DNA from: Mycobacterium sp.
GTDB taxonomy: Bacteria > Actinomycetota > Actinomycetes > Mycobacteriales > Mycobacteriaceae
Length of the DNA: 64,000 nt
Direction: 5' to 3'
NCBI RefSeq assembly: GCF_050700595.1
Contig: NZ_JBOHHI010000105.1
Span: 11,845 to 75,844 of the forward strand
Below the pieces are notes generated by a model that saw nothing but the letters and a program-made list of their open reading frames with translations, searched no databases and was not told where the DNA came from. Below, in pieces: positions 30,000-40,232 of the stretch. The translations under genes were made by a program, and so were the position numbers. Within the stretch, counting starts at the first letter, position 1; each line of letters starts with the position of its first letter.

Positions 30000-32900
30000 T
30001 GGAGCGCTTCGATCTGCTCGGTCCGCTGCCGGCCGCACACTCGACCACGGTCCTGCAGGCCAGCGCGGGGACCGGCAAGACATTCGCGTTGGCCGGTCTG
30101 GTGACCCGCTATCTCGCCGAGGGTGCGGCGACGCTGGACCAGATGTTGCTCATCACGTTCGGTCGGGCGGCCAGTCAGGAGCTGCGGGAGCGTGTGCGAG
30201 GTCAAATCGTCGATGCCGTCGCGGCTTTCGATGATCCGTCTACCGTCGGCGACAACCAGTTGGTGGCGTATCTGCTGGACGGCACCGCGGACGAGCGTGC
30301 GGTCCGCAAGCAGCGGCTTCGCGATGCGCTGGCCGACTTCGACGCGGCGACGATCGCGACCACGCACCAGTTCTGCCAGCTGGTGCTGAAGTCGCTCGGT
30401 GTGGCCGGCGACACCGCGGCGAGTGTCACGCTGCTGGAGAGCCTCGATGAGTTGGTCGCCGAGATCGTCGACGACCTCTACCTGGCCCACTTCGGGCAGC
30501 AGCGCGACGATCCGGCGCTGGCCTATCGCGATGCGCTGCGGCTGGCGCGCGAGGTGGTCAAGAACCCGTCGACGCAGCTGCGGCCCCGCGACCCACAACC
30601 CGGCTCGGCGGCTGCAGTACGTGTCGGCTTCGCGAACGACGTTCTGGCCGAACTGGAAATACGCAAGCGGCGGCTGGGTGTCCTCGGCTACGACGACTTG
30701 CTGAGCCGACTGGCCGGCGCGCTGGCCACCGACGACTCCCCCGCACGGGCCCGCATGCATCAACGCTGGCCGATCGTCATGGTCGACGAGTTCCAGGACA
30801 CCGATCCGGTGCAGTGGCAGGTGATCGACCGCGCGTTCAGCGGGCACTCCACGGTGGTTCTCATCGGCGACCCGAAGCAGGCCATCTATGCGTTCCGCGG
30901 CGGCGACATCGTGACGTACCTACGGGCCGCCGAGACAGCAGGCGACAAGAAGACACTGAGCACCAACTGGCGCAGCGACGGCGCGCTCGTCGAGCGCCTG
31001 CAGGTGGTGTTGCGCGGCGCCCAACTCGGTGACCCCGAGATCGTGGTGGACGACGTCGAGGCGTACCACCAAGGCCATCGGCTTGCGGGTGCGCCGCGCA
31101 ACCATCCGTTCCGGTTGCGGGTAGTGCAGCGGCCTACCCTGGGCCGTAGCGGTATTCAGAATTTGCCCATCGACGAACTGCGGGAACACGTCGGCACCGA
31201 CCTGGCCGTCGACATCGGCGCGCTGCTGGCCAACGGTGCGACATTCGACGGTAAGCCGCTGCGGGCCCGCGACATCGCCGTGATCGTGGAGAAGCACAAG
31301 GATGCCAGTGCCTGCTTCAAGGCGCTGTGCGATGCACGTATTCCCGCGGTCTACACCGGCGACTCCGACGTGTTCAACTCGGATGCCTCCGAAGACTGGC
31401 TCTGTCTGCTGGAGGCATTCGACCAACCGCATCGCCCGGGAATGGTACGAGCGGCCGCGGCGACGATGTTCTTCGGCGAAACCGCGGAATCGCTGGCAGC
31501 CGGTGGTGATGCGCTGACCGATCGAGTCGCGGAGACTTTGCGCGAATGGGCCGGACATGCGCGCGAACGCGGCGTCGCGGCCATCTTCGAGGCCGCACAG
31601 TTAAAGGGCATGGGTGATCGCGTGCTGTCCTGGCAGGGCGGCGAGCGTCACATGACCGACCTGGCGCACATCGCGCAGTTGTTGCAAGACGTCGCGCACC
31701 GCGAGCGGCTGGGCTTGCCGGGGCTGCGCGACTGGCTGCGCACGCAACGCGACGAGCGCAGCGGCGCAACGGAACGCAACCGGCGACTGGACAGTGACGC
31801 CACCGCCGTCCAGATCATGACGGTGTTTGCGGCCAAGGGCCTGCAATACCCGATCGTGTATCTGCCGTTCGCGTTCAACCGCAGTCCCAGCCAGGAGCGC
31901 GGTGTGGTGCTGTTCCACGACGAGGGGGTGCGCTGCCTGCACATCGGCGGCAAGGACAGCCCGGACTTCACCACCGTCGAGGAACTCGGTCGCCGCGAGG
32001 ACGCCAGCGACGACAGCAGGCTGACCTACGTCGCGATGACGCGTGCGCAGGCGCAGGTGGTGGCGTGGTGGTCGCCGGCCTATTACGAGCCCAACGGCGG
32101 CCTGTCGCGGTTGCTGCGCGGCCGCCGACCCGGGGAGCCGTTCGTGCCCGACCGGTGTGAGCCCGCAAAGATCTCCGACGAGGATGCGATGGCCCGGTTG
32201 CGCGAGTGGGAGGCCGCCGGTGGGCCGGTGATCGAGGAGTCGGTGATGGTCGCCGCGCCGTCGGTGCCGCCCGTGTCGGTGCCGTCGAACCTCGACAGCC
32301 GTCACTTCCACCGCGGTATCGACACCACGTGGCGGCGCACGTCCTACTCCGGTCTGATCCGGGTAGCGGAGACCATCGGGGTGACCAGCGAACCCGAGGT
32401 CAGCGAGTTGGACGACGAAGCCGGCGATATCCCGTTGACCCAGGCGGTGTCCGGTCCGGACGTGCCGTCGCCGATGGCCGACCTGCCCACGGGCGCAAAG
32501 TTCGGCTCCCTGGTGCACGCGGTGCTCGAGACGGCCGACCCGTTCGCCCCCGACTTGGCCACTGAGTTGGAGTCGCACATCCGACGGCATTCGGCGTGGT
32601 GGCCGGTCGATGTGGCACCGGATGTGCTGGCCGCGGCGATGGTGCCGATGCACGACACCTCGTTGGGCCCGCTGGCCGGCGGCGTGACGCTGCGACAGAT
32701 TGGGTTACGGCACCGGTTGCGGGAGCTCGGCTTCGAGTTCCCGCTTGGCGGTGGGGATCTACGTTCGGCGGCACCCGATATTCGTCTGGCGGATGTGGGG
32801 ATGTTGTTGCGCGAGCACCTGCCGGCTTCTGATTCGCTGGCCTCCTATGCCGACCGGTTGATGGGCCCCGCGCTTGGGGACCAGTCGTTGCGCGGCTATC

Positions 32901-33259
32901 TCACCGGCTCGATCGATGCTGTGCTACGTATTGCCGACCGGTATCTGGTGGTCGACTACAAAACCAACTACCTGGGTGGCTCCGCGTCCGACTACACCCA
33001 GCCTCGGTTGGCCGAGGCCATGCTGCACTCCGACTATCCATTACAGGCGCTGTTGTATGTAGTTGCGCTGCATCGGTTTCTGCGCTGGCGACAGCCGGCC
33101 TACGACCCCGCCGTGCATCTCGGCGGGGTGCTGTATCTCTTCGTGCGCGGCATGTGCGGTGTCGATACACCGGCCGGCGGAGTGTTCAGCTGGAAGCCGC
33201 CTGCTTCGTTGGTTGCGGCGTTGTCGGACCTGCTCGACGTGGGGAGGTCGGCCGCGTGA
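29999..33259 (+). CDS. recB: exodeoxyribonuclease V beta subunit RecB (UvrD-type helicase plus PD-(D/E)xK nuclease)
   Basis: 1086 aa with Walker A ASAGTGKTFAL, DEFQDTD, and a C-terminal nuclease motif (GSIDAVLR...VVDYKTN). Confidence 0.9.
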   Translation: MERFDLLGPLPAAHSTTVLQASAGTGKTFALAGLVTRYLAEGAATLDQMLLITFGRAASQELRERVRGQIVDAVAAFDDPSTVGDNQLVAYLLDGTADERAVRKQRLRDALADFDAATIATTHQFCQLVLKSLGVAGDTAASVTLLESLDELVAEIVDDLYLAHFGQQRDDPALAYRDALRLAREVVKNPSTQLRPRDPQPGSAAAVRVGFANDVLAELEIRKRRLGVLGYDDLLSRLAGALATDDSPARARMHQRWPIVMVDEFQDTDPVQWQVIDRAFSGHSTVVLIGDPKQAIYAFRGGDIVTYLRAAETAGDKKTLSTNWRSDGALVERLQVVLRGAQLGDPEIVVDDVEAYHQGHRLAGAPRNHPFRLRVVQRPTLGRSGIQNLPIDELREHVGTDLAVDIGALLANGATFDGKPLRARDIAVIVEKHKDASACFKALCDARIPAVYTGDSDVFNSDASEDWLCLLEAFDQPHRPGMVRAAAATMFFGETAESLAAGGDALTDRVAETLREWAGHARERGVAAIFEAAQLKGMGDRVLSWQGGERHMTDLAHIAQLLQDVAHRERLGLPGLRDWLRTQRDERSGATERNRRLDSDATAVQIMTVFAAKGLQYPIVYLPFAFNRSPSQERGVVLFHDEGVRCLHIGGKDSPDFTTVEELGRREDASDDSRLTYVAMTRAQAQVVAWWSPAYYEPNGGLSRLLRGRRPGEPFVPDRCEPAKISDEDAMARLREWEAAGGPVIEESVMVAAPSVPPVSVPSNLDSRHFHRGIDTTWRRTSYSGLIRVAETIGVTSEPEVSELDDEAGDIPLTQAVSGPDVPSPMADLPTGAKFGSLVHAVLETADPFAPDLATELESHIRRHSAWWPVDVAPDVLAAAMVPMHDTSLGPLAGGVTLRQIGLRHRLRELGFEFPLGGGDLRSAAPDIRLADVGMLLREHLPASDSLASYADRLMGPALGDQSLRGYLTGSIDAVLRIADRYLVVDYKTNYLGGSASDYTQPRLAEAMLHSDYPLQALLYVVALHRFLRWRQPAYDPAVHLGGVLYLFVRGMCGVDTPAGGVFSWKPPASLVAALSDLLDVGRSAA

Positions 33260-34980
33260 CGGTGGAGGCGATTGCGGCCACGGGATTGCTGCGGACGTTC
33301 AGCGAAGCGGGCGTCTTCGAAGCTGCTGATGTCCATGTGGCGCAGCGACTTACGGTGCTCACCGGTGAATCTGACGAGCGAGTGGCGCTGGCAACCGCTT
33401 TGGTGGTACGCGCGTTGCGGGGCGGTTCGGTGTGCGTGGATCTGGCAGAGATCGAAACGCAGGTTGGCATAGCTGACCTGCCGTGGCCCGATGCCGGTGA
33501 CTGGCTGGCGGCGGTGCGGGCCAGTCCGTTACTCGGGTCGCCGCCGGTGCTGCGGCTGTTTGGTGATTTGCTCTACCTCGACCGGTACTGGCGCGAGGAA
33601 AAACAGGTGTGCGATGACCTGCTCGCACTGCTGCCGTCCAGGTCGACACCCAAAATGCCCGCCTTCGAGCGACTTTTCCCGGCCGGATACGAGGAGCAGC
33701 GGCAGGCGGCGGAAATCGCGCTGTCGCAGGCGGTCACGGTGCTGACCGGCGGCCCGGGCACCGGCAAGACCACCACGGTTGCGCGGTTGCTGGCGCTGGT
33801 GGCCGAGCAGACCGAACTGTCGGGCTCGCCGCGGCCGCGGATCGGGTTGGCGGCGCCCACCGGCAAGGCCGCTGCACGTCTGCAGGAAGCCGTGCAGCAC
33901 GAGGTGGCCAAGCTGGACACGGCCGATCGCGAGCGGCTGGGTGAGCTGCAGGCGATGACATTGCATCGGCTGTTGGGCAGCCGGCCCGACACGTCCTCGA
34001 GGTTCAAGCACGATCGCGGTAACCGGTTGCCGCACGACGTGATTGTGGTCGACGAGACGTCGATGGTGTCGCTGACCATGATGGCGCGGTTGCTGGAGGC
34101 GGTGCGCCTGGACACCCGGCTGGTCCTGGTCGGCGATGCCGACCAGTTGGCGTCGGTGGAAGCCGGTGCCGTGCTGGCCGACCTGGTGGACGGTCTGTCG
34201 GCGCGCGACGGCGTGCGGGTGGCGGCGTTGCGCACGTCGCACCGCTTCGGCGAGTCGATCGGCGCCCTTGCCGACGCGATCCGGGCGGGCGACGCCGGCG
34301 GTGCGGTGTCATTGTTGCGCTCGGGTGACGAGCACATCGAGTTCGTCGAGGACGACGACCCGACCGACCGGTTGCGTCCGATCCTGATGCCGCACGCGGT
34401 TCGGCTGCGGCAGGCCGCGGTATTGGGCGCCGCCGACGAGGCGTTGGCGACGCTGGACGGGCATCGGCTGCTGTGCGCGCACCGGCGGGGGCCGTTCGGG
34501 GTGCGGCACTGGAACCAGCAGGTGCAGAACTGGCTTTCCGACGAGACCGGCCTGCCGCCGTGGTCGGAGTGGTACGCGGGGCGACCACTGCTGGTGACCG
34601 CGAACGACTACGGGCTGCGCGTCTACAACGGTGACTCCGGAGTTGTCGTTGCGGCTCCCGACGGCCTGCGTGCCGTCATCGCCAGTGCGACGGGGCCGCT
34701 GGAGTTTTCGACCAGCCGGCTCTCCGACGTCGAGACCATGCACGCGATGACCATTCACAAGTCCCAGGGCAGCCAGGCCGACGAGGTGACCGTGCTGCTG
34801 CCGTCCGAGGATTCGCGGTTGTTGACCCGGGAATTGTTCTATACCGCGGTGACTCGGGCGAAGGCCAAGGTCCGGGTGGTCGGGTCGGAGGCGGCGGTCG
34901 GTGTGGCGATTGAGCGACGGGCGGTGCGGGCAAGCGGATTGGCGGCGCGGCTGCAGTCAGTGGCTGAACTCAGCGCGTGA
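33256..34980 (+). CDS. recD: exodeoxyribonuclease V alpha subunit RecD
   Basis: A GTG at 33256 overlaps the recB stop (GTGA). Walker A GGPGTGKTTTV, DETSMV, and C-terminal MTIHKSQGSQ are present. Confidence 0.9.
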   Translation: MTVEAIAATGLLRTFSEAGVFEAADVHVAQRLTVLTGESDERVALATALVVRALRGGSVCVDLAEIETQVGIADLPWPDAGDWLAAVRASPLLGSPPVLRLFGDLLYLDRYWREEKQVCDDLLALLPSRSTPKMPAFERLFPAGYEEQRQAAEIALSQAVTVLTGGPGTGKTTTVARLLALVAEQTELSGSPRPRIGLAAPTGKAAARLQEAVQHEVAKLDTADRERLGELQAMTLHRLLGSRPDTSSRFKHDRGNRLPHDVIVVDETSMVSLTMMARLLEAVRLDTRLVLVGDADQLASVEAGAVLADLVDGLSARDGVRVAALRTSHRFGESIGALADAIRAGDAGGAVSLLRSGDEHIEFVEDDDPTDRLRPILMPHAVRLRQAAVLGAADEALATLDGHRLLCAHRRGPFGVRHWNQQVQNWLSDETGLPPWSEWYAGRPLLVTANDYGLRVYNGDSGVVVAAPDGLRAVIASATGPLEFSTSRLSDVETMHAMTIHKSQGSQADEVTVLLPSEDSRLLTRELFYTAVTRAKAKVRVVGSEAAVGVAIERRAVRASGLAARLQSVAELSA

Positions 34981-35102
34981 CGCCGATTCGGCGCCCCGGT
35001 GCTTAATAGCGCCTGAGCTGCAGTCGCCGCGCGTACCGTGGGGTTCCTTCTGATCGCCTCGGCGGTCCTGGAAACGGGACGCCCAAATACCTGGAGCGCG
35101 CA

Positions 35103-35564
35103 ATGGCATCTTCATCTCGCAGCAGACTTCTTCAGATCGCACTCGTGGTCTTTGGCGTCGTCTTTCTCCTCGTCTACCCCGTGGCCGTGGTCTGGCCGTC
35201 GGGGTGGACGTGGCATTCCGGAGCTCCTTACCAGTCCAATTACTTCTTGATGATCGTTGGCGTGTACGCGACGCTGGGTGTCTTCTTGATCAACGCCGCG
35301 CGAAACCCGCAAGCCAATCTCAGCCTGATTTGGTTCACCGTGTGGTCTAGCGTCGTGCACGCCGCAATCATGACGGCGCAATCGTTCGGCAGCGGACACC
35401 ATATGGGACACCTAGTGGGCGATGTCCCTGCGCTGCTTCTTGTGGCCATCGTGCTGTCGGTACTCGTGTCTTCATCCGGCCTCAAGCAACCTCCCGCGAG
35501 GCCACAGCCCCTGCAACCACCGCCAACTACGGGCACGCCCGGTCATCCCGTCGTGAATGCGTAG
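35103..35564 (+). CDS. small polytopic membrane protein, unknown function
   Basis: 153 aa with 4 predicted TM helices and a Pro-rich tail. A GGAG lies 9 nt upstream of the ATG. Confidence 0.55.
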   Translation: MASSSRSRLLQIALVVFGVVFLLVYPVAVVWPSGWTWHSGAPYQSNYFLMIVGVYATLGVFLINAARNPQANLSLIWFTVWSSVVHAAIMTAQSFGSGHHMGHLVGDVPALLLVAIVLSVLVSSSGLKQPPARPQPLQPPPTTGTPGHPVVNA

Positions 35565-36454
35565 GTAGAGCCCGACCGCCAAACGAAGGGCGGCTCGAGC
35601 CGCAACGAGGTAAAGCGGCTAGGGCTGCTGATGTGTCGGACCACGCGGGGATCTTCTCAGGTCGCGGTGTCAGCCGGGCACCCGATGGGATGATGTCCAT
35701 CTCGGCTTGGCGGGCATATATCCGCTCCCGCAACACATCCCAGCTGTCGTCGAACTGGCCGGCGAACCGGTCCGACCACTGCGGCCACACGTGGTGGGGA
35801 CTCTGTGTGGCGCCGGGCGCGAAGTACACGAAGAACGGCTTGTCGGGCGCCGACGTCTTTTGCAGTCGGATCCATTCGATCGCCTTGTCGGCGAGATCCT
35901 CGGTCAGGTGGTAGTCGTCGCGGCCGAGGTACGGCTCGACCGGGGTGGTCTGGTCGTAGAGCGCCGGTTCGTACTGTGAGGTGTCGCCGCCCAGGAAGCC
36001 GTAGAAGCGTTCGAATCCGAGTCCGGTGGGCCAGCGGTCGAACGGGCCGGCGGGGCCGATCTCCCAGTTCGGGGTGATGTGCGCCTTGCCGAACAGCGCT
36101 GTGCTGTAACCGTTCATGCGCAGGACATCCGCAACCGTGGCCGTGCTCTGCGGTATCACGCTGTCGTAACCGGGGAATCCATAAGCGATTTCGCAGATGG
36201 TGCCCATGTGCGCACTGTGGTGGTTGCGTCCGGTCAGCAGTGCGGCCCGCGTCGGCGAACACAGTGCGGTGGTGTGGAACTGGTTGTAGCGCAGGCCGGC
36301 ACCGGCGACCCGGTCCAGCGCCGGTGTTGCGACCGGCCCGCCGACCGTGGCGGCGGTCCCGAAGCCGACGTCGTCGAGCAGCACGACGACGACGTTCGGC
36401 GCGCCGGACGGAGGGTAGACGATCGACCGGGCTGGGGTCGCTCATTGCGGACAC
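35527..36454 (-). pseudogene. arylsulfatase remnant (N-terminal frameshift, C-terminal truncation)
   Basis: The sulfatase core is present (APNVVVVLLDDVGFG...CSPTRAALLTGRNHH, the CxPxR motif). The only ATG (36454, MSAMSDPSPVDR) is in another frame. The main frame has a TGA just upstream and no start before the conserved beta-strand. Recognisable sulfatase sequence stops near 35640, after about 250 of the much longer expected length. Confidence 0.6.
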
Positions 36455-36505
36455 TCTACGGTCGCGGCGCCCGCGCCGTCGGCCCTTTCGCAGTAGGCTC
36501 CCGTC

Positions 36506-37303
36506 ATGACACTTCCACCACCATCGGCAGGATCGGTCGCCATCGTCACCGGCGCATCCTCAGGCATCGGCGAACAATTCGCCCGTCAACTCGTGGCCCG
36601 CGGCTACCGCGTCGTCGTCACTGCGCGCCGGGAGGACCGGCTGCAAAAGTTGTGTACGGAACTGGGCGGCGACGAGCACGCCGTCGCGGTGGGTACCGAT
36701 CTCGCGGTTCCACAGGACCGGGACCGGTTGGCCGCACGCATCGACGAGCTGGGCGCGCAGGTCGACATCCTGGTCAACAATGCCGGACTGGGCATCTACA
36801 CGAAGTTCGGCGCCGAGGGTCGCGACAAGGAACTGCAGATGCTGCGTGTCGATGTCGAGGCGGTCGCGGACCTGATGCTGCGCTATCTGCCCGGCATGGT
36901 GGATCGCGGTCGCGGCGCGATCATCAACCTGTCGTCGGTGTCGGGATTTCAGCCGGCGCCCTACAACGCGGGCTACGCCGCCGCGAAAGCCTATGTGCTG
37001 TGGTTGTCGGAGGCGGTCAACGCCGAGGTCGCCGGCAGCGGTGTGACGGTCACCGCGGTCTGCCCCGGTCCGGTGCCGACGGAGTTTCAGGCGACCAACG
37101 ACGCCGAAGTCCTGGTCAGCCGGCTCCCGGGGTTCGTCAAGGTTTCCGCCGAGCGAGTGGTCACCGACGCCCTGAAGGCCGTCGACCACGGCCGCGGATC
37201 GGTGGTCCCGGGCGGACCGCAGGTGCGATTCACCCTGGGGTCCTCACGGTTCATCCCGGCTCCGTTGGCCTTGCCGGTGCTGACGCGAATGTTGAAGCCC
37301 TAG
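36506..37303 (+). CDS. short-chain dehydrogenase/reductase (SDR)
   Basis: 265 aa with TGASSGIG cofactor motif, NNAG, and catalytic YAAAKA (YxxxK). Confidence 0.85.
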   Translation: MTLPPPSAGSVAIVTGASSGIGEQFARQLVARGYRVVVTARREDRLQKLCTELGGDEHAVAVGTDLAVPQDRDRLAARIDELGAQVDILVNNAGLGIYTKFGAEGRDKELQMLRVDVEAVADLMLRYLPGMVDRGRGAIINLSSVSGFQPAPYNAGYAAAKAYVLWLSEAVNAEVAGSGVTVTAVCPGPVPTEFQATNDAEVLVSRLPGFVKVSAERVVTDALKAVDHGRGSVVPGGPQVRFTLGSSRFIPAPLALPVLTRMLKP

Positions 37304-37311
37304 AGGGTCTT

Positions 37312-37665
37312 TCAGCGGGCCAGCGGCTTGTAGAAGACCAGGCCGTTGCCTTTGTTGTCGTACACCACGGCACGGCGTTCGTGCGCGTCGTCGTACGGGC
37401 CTTTCACGATGCCGCCACCGCTGGCCTCGATGGCCTTTGCCGCGGCGTCGACGTCAGCTGTTTTGATACCGACGACGACCTGCCCGGGTATGGGATGGTC
37501 CACCGCGGTCGCCAGGGCGAGAGTGACCGCCCCACCGTCGAGGGCGGCGAAGTGGGCGCCGTCGCGGAACTTCAGCGACATTCCCAGGGTCTCGCTGTAG
37601 AACCGGATCGATTCGTCGAGGTCGTCGGTCGACAAGACGATCATCTTGACTTCGTGCTCGCTCAT
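37312..37665 (-). CDS. VOC/glyoxalase-family small protein
   Basis: 117 aa with a beta-alpha-beta-beta-beta style sequence (IRFYSETLGMSLKFRDG...GIKTADVDAAAKAIEASGG). Confidence 0.6.
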   Translation of the reverse strand: MSEHEVKMIVLSTDDLDESIRFYSETLGMSLKFRDGAHFAALDGGAVTLALATAVDHPIPGQVVVGIKTADVDAAAKAIEASGGGIVKGPYDDAHERRAVVYDNKGNGLVFYKPLAR

Positions 37666-37688
37666 GGTTCCTCCTGTCGCTAAACGCC

Positions 37689-37711
37689 GTACTACGAGAA
37701 TGTACTACAAT
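37689..37711 (+). promoter_or_regulatory. vapBC promoter/operator: direct GTACTAC repeats overlapping a TACAAT -10 box
   Basis: GTACTAC occurs at 37689-37695 and 37702-37708. TACAAT lies at 37706-37711, only 7 nt before the ATG at 37719, which implies a leaderless or near-leaderless transcript. Confidence 0.45.
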
Positions 37712-37718
37712 TGCCGGC

Positions 37719-37991
37719 ATGCCTGAGGTGCCGGTGCGTGAGTTGAATCAAAATACCGCCGGAGTGCTCGCACGGGTCAAGCGCGGCGAACATATCGAGA
37801 TCACCGAACGCGGAGCCGTCGTCGCCCGCCTGGTGCCGGCCCAAGAGAATCCGTTAGCCGAAATGATCAGCGCCGGACGGCTTCATCCCGCCAGCCTCAG
37901 CGGACCGGCGCCACATCCCCCCGGGCCGGTCCACACCGACCATGAGGCCGGCCAACTACTCCGCGAGTTGCGCGACACCGAGCGCTATTGA
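37719..37991 (+). CDS. vapB: type II antitoxin, Phd/YefM-fold VapB-type
   Basis: 90 aa (VRELNQNTAGVLARVKRGEHIEITERGAVVARLVP). Its stop overlaps the vapC start (ATGA). Confidence 0.85.
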   Translation: MPEVPVRELNQNTAGVLARVKRGEHIEITERGAVVARLVPAQENPLAEMISAGRLHPASLSGPAPHPPGPVHTDHEAGQLLRELRDTERY

Positions 37992-38389
37992 TGCTGTATC
38001 TGGATACGTCGGCCCTGATCAAACTGATCCGGCGGGAACCCGAAAGTGACGCGCTCGCTGACTGGCTCGACGCGCAAACACCGGCACCGTGGGTGTCGTC
38101 GACGCTGATCGACGTTGAACTTCCCCGCGCACTGCGCCGGGTAGATCCCTCGTTGCTGGCCGAGGTTCCGGCAATGCTGGCTCGAGTGTCGCGATACGAA
38201 GTCGACGAGCTGGTCCGGGCCGCCGGCGCGGCGTATCCGGACGCCACGCTACGGTCGCTCGACGCGATCCATCTTGCAACGGGGGACGCGGTTTTCGGCA
38301 CCACGTTGACCGCGTTCGTCAGCTACGACGAACGCATGCTCGCGGCGGCCGCTTCTGTCGGCTTGCCAACCGCTGCCCCGGGATGCTGA
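37988..38389 (+). CDS. vapC: PIN-domain ribonuclease toxin VapC
   Basis: 133 aa with MLYLDTSALIKL (first acidic residue), LDAIHLATG and SYDERM, the conserved PIN acidic residues. Confidence 0.85.
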   Translation: MMLYLDTSALIKLIRREPESDALADWLDAQTPAPWVSSTLIDVELPRALRRVDPSLLAEVPAMLARVSRYEVDELVRAAGAAYPDATLRSLDAIHLATGDAVFGTTLTAFVSYDERMLAAAASVGLPTAAPGC

Positions 38390-38401
38390 GAGACTGGGCT
38401 C

Positions 38402-39265
38402 ATGACAGATCCCGGCGAGGGCCGTGTTGCGGTCTACCTCGACTTCGACAACATCGTGATCTCCCGCTACGACCAGGTGAATGGCCGCAGTTCGTTTCAC
38501 AAGGACAAAGCCAAGGGACTCGACAAGTATCCGGATCGGCTGGCGCGGGCCACCGTGGACGTCGGCGCCATCATCGACTTTGCGTCGTCGTTCGGCACAC
38601 TGGTGCTCACCCGCGCCTACGCGGACTGGTCCGACGAGGTCAACACCGGCTACCGCCAGCAGCTGGTGGGCCGTGCGGTCGATCTGGTGCAGCTGTTCCC
38701 GGCGGCGGCCTACGGCAAGAACGCCGCCGACATCCGGCTGGTCGTCGACGCGGTCGAGGACATGTTCCGGCTGCCCGACCTGACCCATGTGGTGATCGCG
38801 GCCGGCGACTCCGACTACATCCCGCTGGCGCAGCGCTGCAAGCGGCTCGGCCGCTACGTGGTGGGCGTCGGGGTGGCCGGTTCGTCGAGCCGGTCGCTGG
38901 CGGCCGCCTGCGACGAGTTCGTCACCTACGACGCGCTGCCCGGGGTTCCGGTGCCCGAACCTGCGTCTGCCGAGGGCGCCCCGAAGCGCCGCCGCACCAA
39001 AGACGCCGACGCTGAGGAGCCGCCACCTCCCGACCCGCAAGACGCGGCCACCGGTCTGCTGACCCGCGCGCTGCGGATCGGGATGGAAAAAGACGACGCC
39101 GAGTGGCTGCATAACTCCGCGCTCAAGGCGCAGATGAAGCGGATGGACCCGTCGTTCAGCGAAAAGTCTTTGGGATTCAAGTCTTTCAGTGACTTCCTGC
39201 GCTCCCGTACGGACCTGGTGGAGCTCGACGAGAGTTCGACGACGCGGATGGTGCGACTCCGCTAG
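38402..39265 (+). CDS. NYN (LabA-like) nuclease domain protein with C-terminal OST-HTH/LOTUS domain
   Basis: 287 aa with [10 protein letters not shown]...[10 protein letters not shown]...[20 protein letters not shown] (NYN acidic residues). The C-terminal sequence [32 protein letters not shown] is OST-HTH-like. It starts 12 nt after the vapC stop. Confidence 0.75.
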   Translation: MTDPGEGRVAVYLDFDNIVISRYDQVNGRSSFHKDKAKGLDKYPDRLARATVDVGAIIDFASSFGTLVLTRAYADWSDEVNTGYRQQLVGRAVDLVQLFPAAAYGKNAADIRLVVDAVEDMFRLPDLTHVVIAAGDSDYIPLAQRCKRLGRYVVGVGVAGSSSRSLAAACDEFVTYDALPGVPVPEPASAEGAPKRRRTKDADAEEPPPPDPQDAATGLLTRALRIGMEKDDAEWLHNSALKAQMKRMDPSFSEKSLGFKSFSDFLRSRTDLVELDESSTTRMVRLR

Positions 39266-40203
39266 GTCCCGCGCTGCGCGGACACCAACCGGTGCGACGG
39301 GGCCGGGTCCTCGATCTTGGGCGGCTTGCGGCCATAGCCGGCCATCAGTTCACCGGACGGGGTCACCGTCGCCTCCCAGCCGTGCCGGCGCAGCCAGTCG
39401 CCGACGTCGTCGCGTTCCTCGAAGTACCACAGCTCGTCGACTCGGGGAACCTCACGCCGCGGGTCCGCCTGCGCCATCAACGCCCGGACACGATCCATCC
39501 GCTCCCGGCGCCTCGCGCGGCCCTCGGGGTCGGCAAAGTTGGGTGCGAGCCCCTCGACAGCGAGCCGGCTGCCGGTGGCGGTGAGCCCCTGAACGCGGTC
39601 GAACAGCAGCTCTTGGGCCGCGGCCGGCAGATACGGCAGCAGCCCCTCGGCTGACCACGCGCTCGGTGTTGACGCGTCGAAACCGGCCTGGCGCAAGGCC
39701 GTCGGCCAGTCCTGGCGCAGGTCCACCGGGACGGCGATGCGGTTGCAGGCCGGTTCCGCACCGTGCTCGGCCAACGTCGATGCTTTGAACTCCAACACCC
39801 GGGGCTGGTCGAGCTCATAGACCGTGGTGCCGTCGGGCCACGGCAACCGCCAGGACCGCGAGTCCAGGCCCGCGGCCAGGATCACCACCTGACGGATGCC
39901 CGCGCTGGTCGCGTCGAGGAAGAACGTGTCGAAAAATTTGGTCCGCGACGCGAAGTAATCGACCATCGCCCGCATCCGCAGCGGCATATCGGGTTCGGCC
40001 TCGACGACAGCGGCGGGCAGGTCAGGCGCGGTGTACCAGCTCCACACTCCTTCGCCAACCGCATCGAGGAAGACCCGCGCGAACGGGTCGCTGATCAGCG
40101 GGTTGTCGCTCTCGGTGTCGGCCGCGCGCGCCGCCGCCACCCCCAGCGCCGTCGCCCCCACACTCTCGGTGATCTCCCAGGTGTCGTTATCGGTTCTCGC
40201 CAC
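39262..40203 (-). CDS. SAM-dependent O-methyltransferase of the mycobacterial Rv0145/Rv0725c-like (leucine carboxyl methyltransferase fold) family
   Basis: 313 aa with N-terminal [30 protein letters not shown] and [11 protein letters not shown], typical of this paralogous family. Confidence 0.8.
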   Translation of the reverse strand: MARTDNDTWEITESVGATALGVAAARAADTESDNPLISDPFARVFLDAVGEGVWSWYTAPDLPAAVVEAEPDMPLRMRAMVDYFASRTKFFDTFFLDATSAGIRQVVILAAGLDSRSWRLPWPDGTTVYELDQPRVLEFKASTLAEHGAEPACNRIAVPVDLRQDWPTALRQAGFDASTPSAWSAEGLLPYLPAAAQELLFDRVQGLTATGSRLAVEGLAPNFADPEGRARRRERMDRVRALMAQADPRREVPRVDELWYFEERDDVGDWLRRHGWEATVTPSGELMAGYGRKPPKIEDPAPSHRLVSAQRGT

Positions 40204-40232
40204 GCCCCGACCCTACGTGAGGCGCGTGGGCA

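Noticed and set aside
28389-30083. 564-aa minus-strand ORF across the recC/recB junction
   Set aside because: It is antisense to well-supported recC and recB and has no motifs.
26691-34980. recC-recB-recD overlaps (1-nt and 4-nt start/stop overlaps) as something unusual
   Set aside because: Translational coupling of this kind is the normal organisation of this operon in mycobacteria, and all expected helicase and nuclease motifs are present.
36079-37683. 534-aa plus-strand ORF overlapping the sulfatase relic, SDR and VOC genes
   Set aside because: It is out of frame with the SDR gene, which has the TGxxxGIG and YxxxK motifs. It is Arg/Gly-rich, so it is an artefact.
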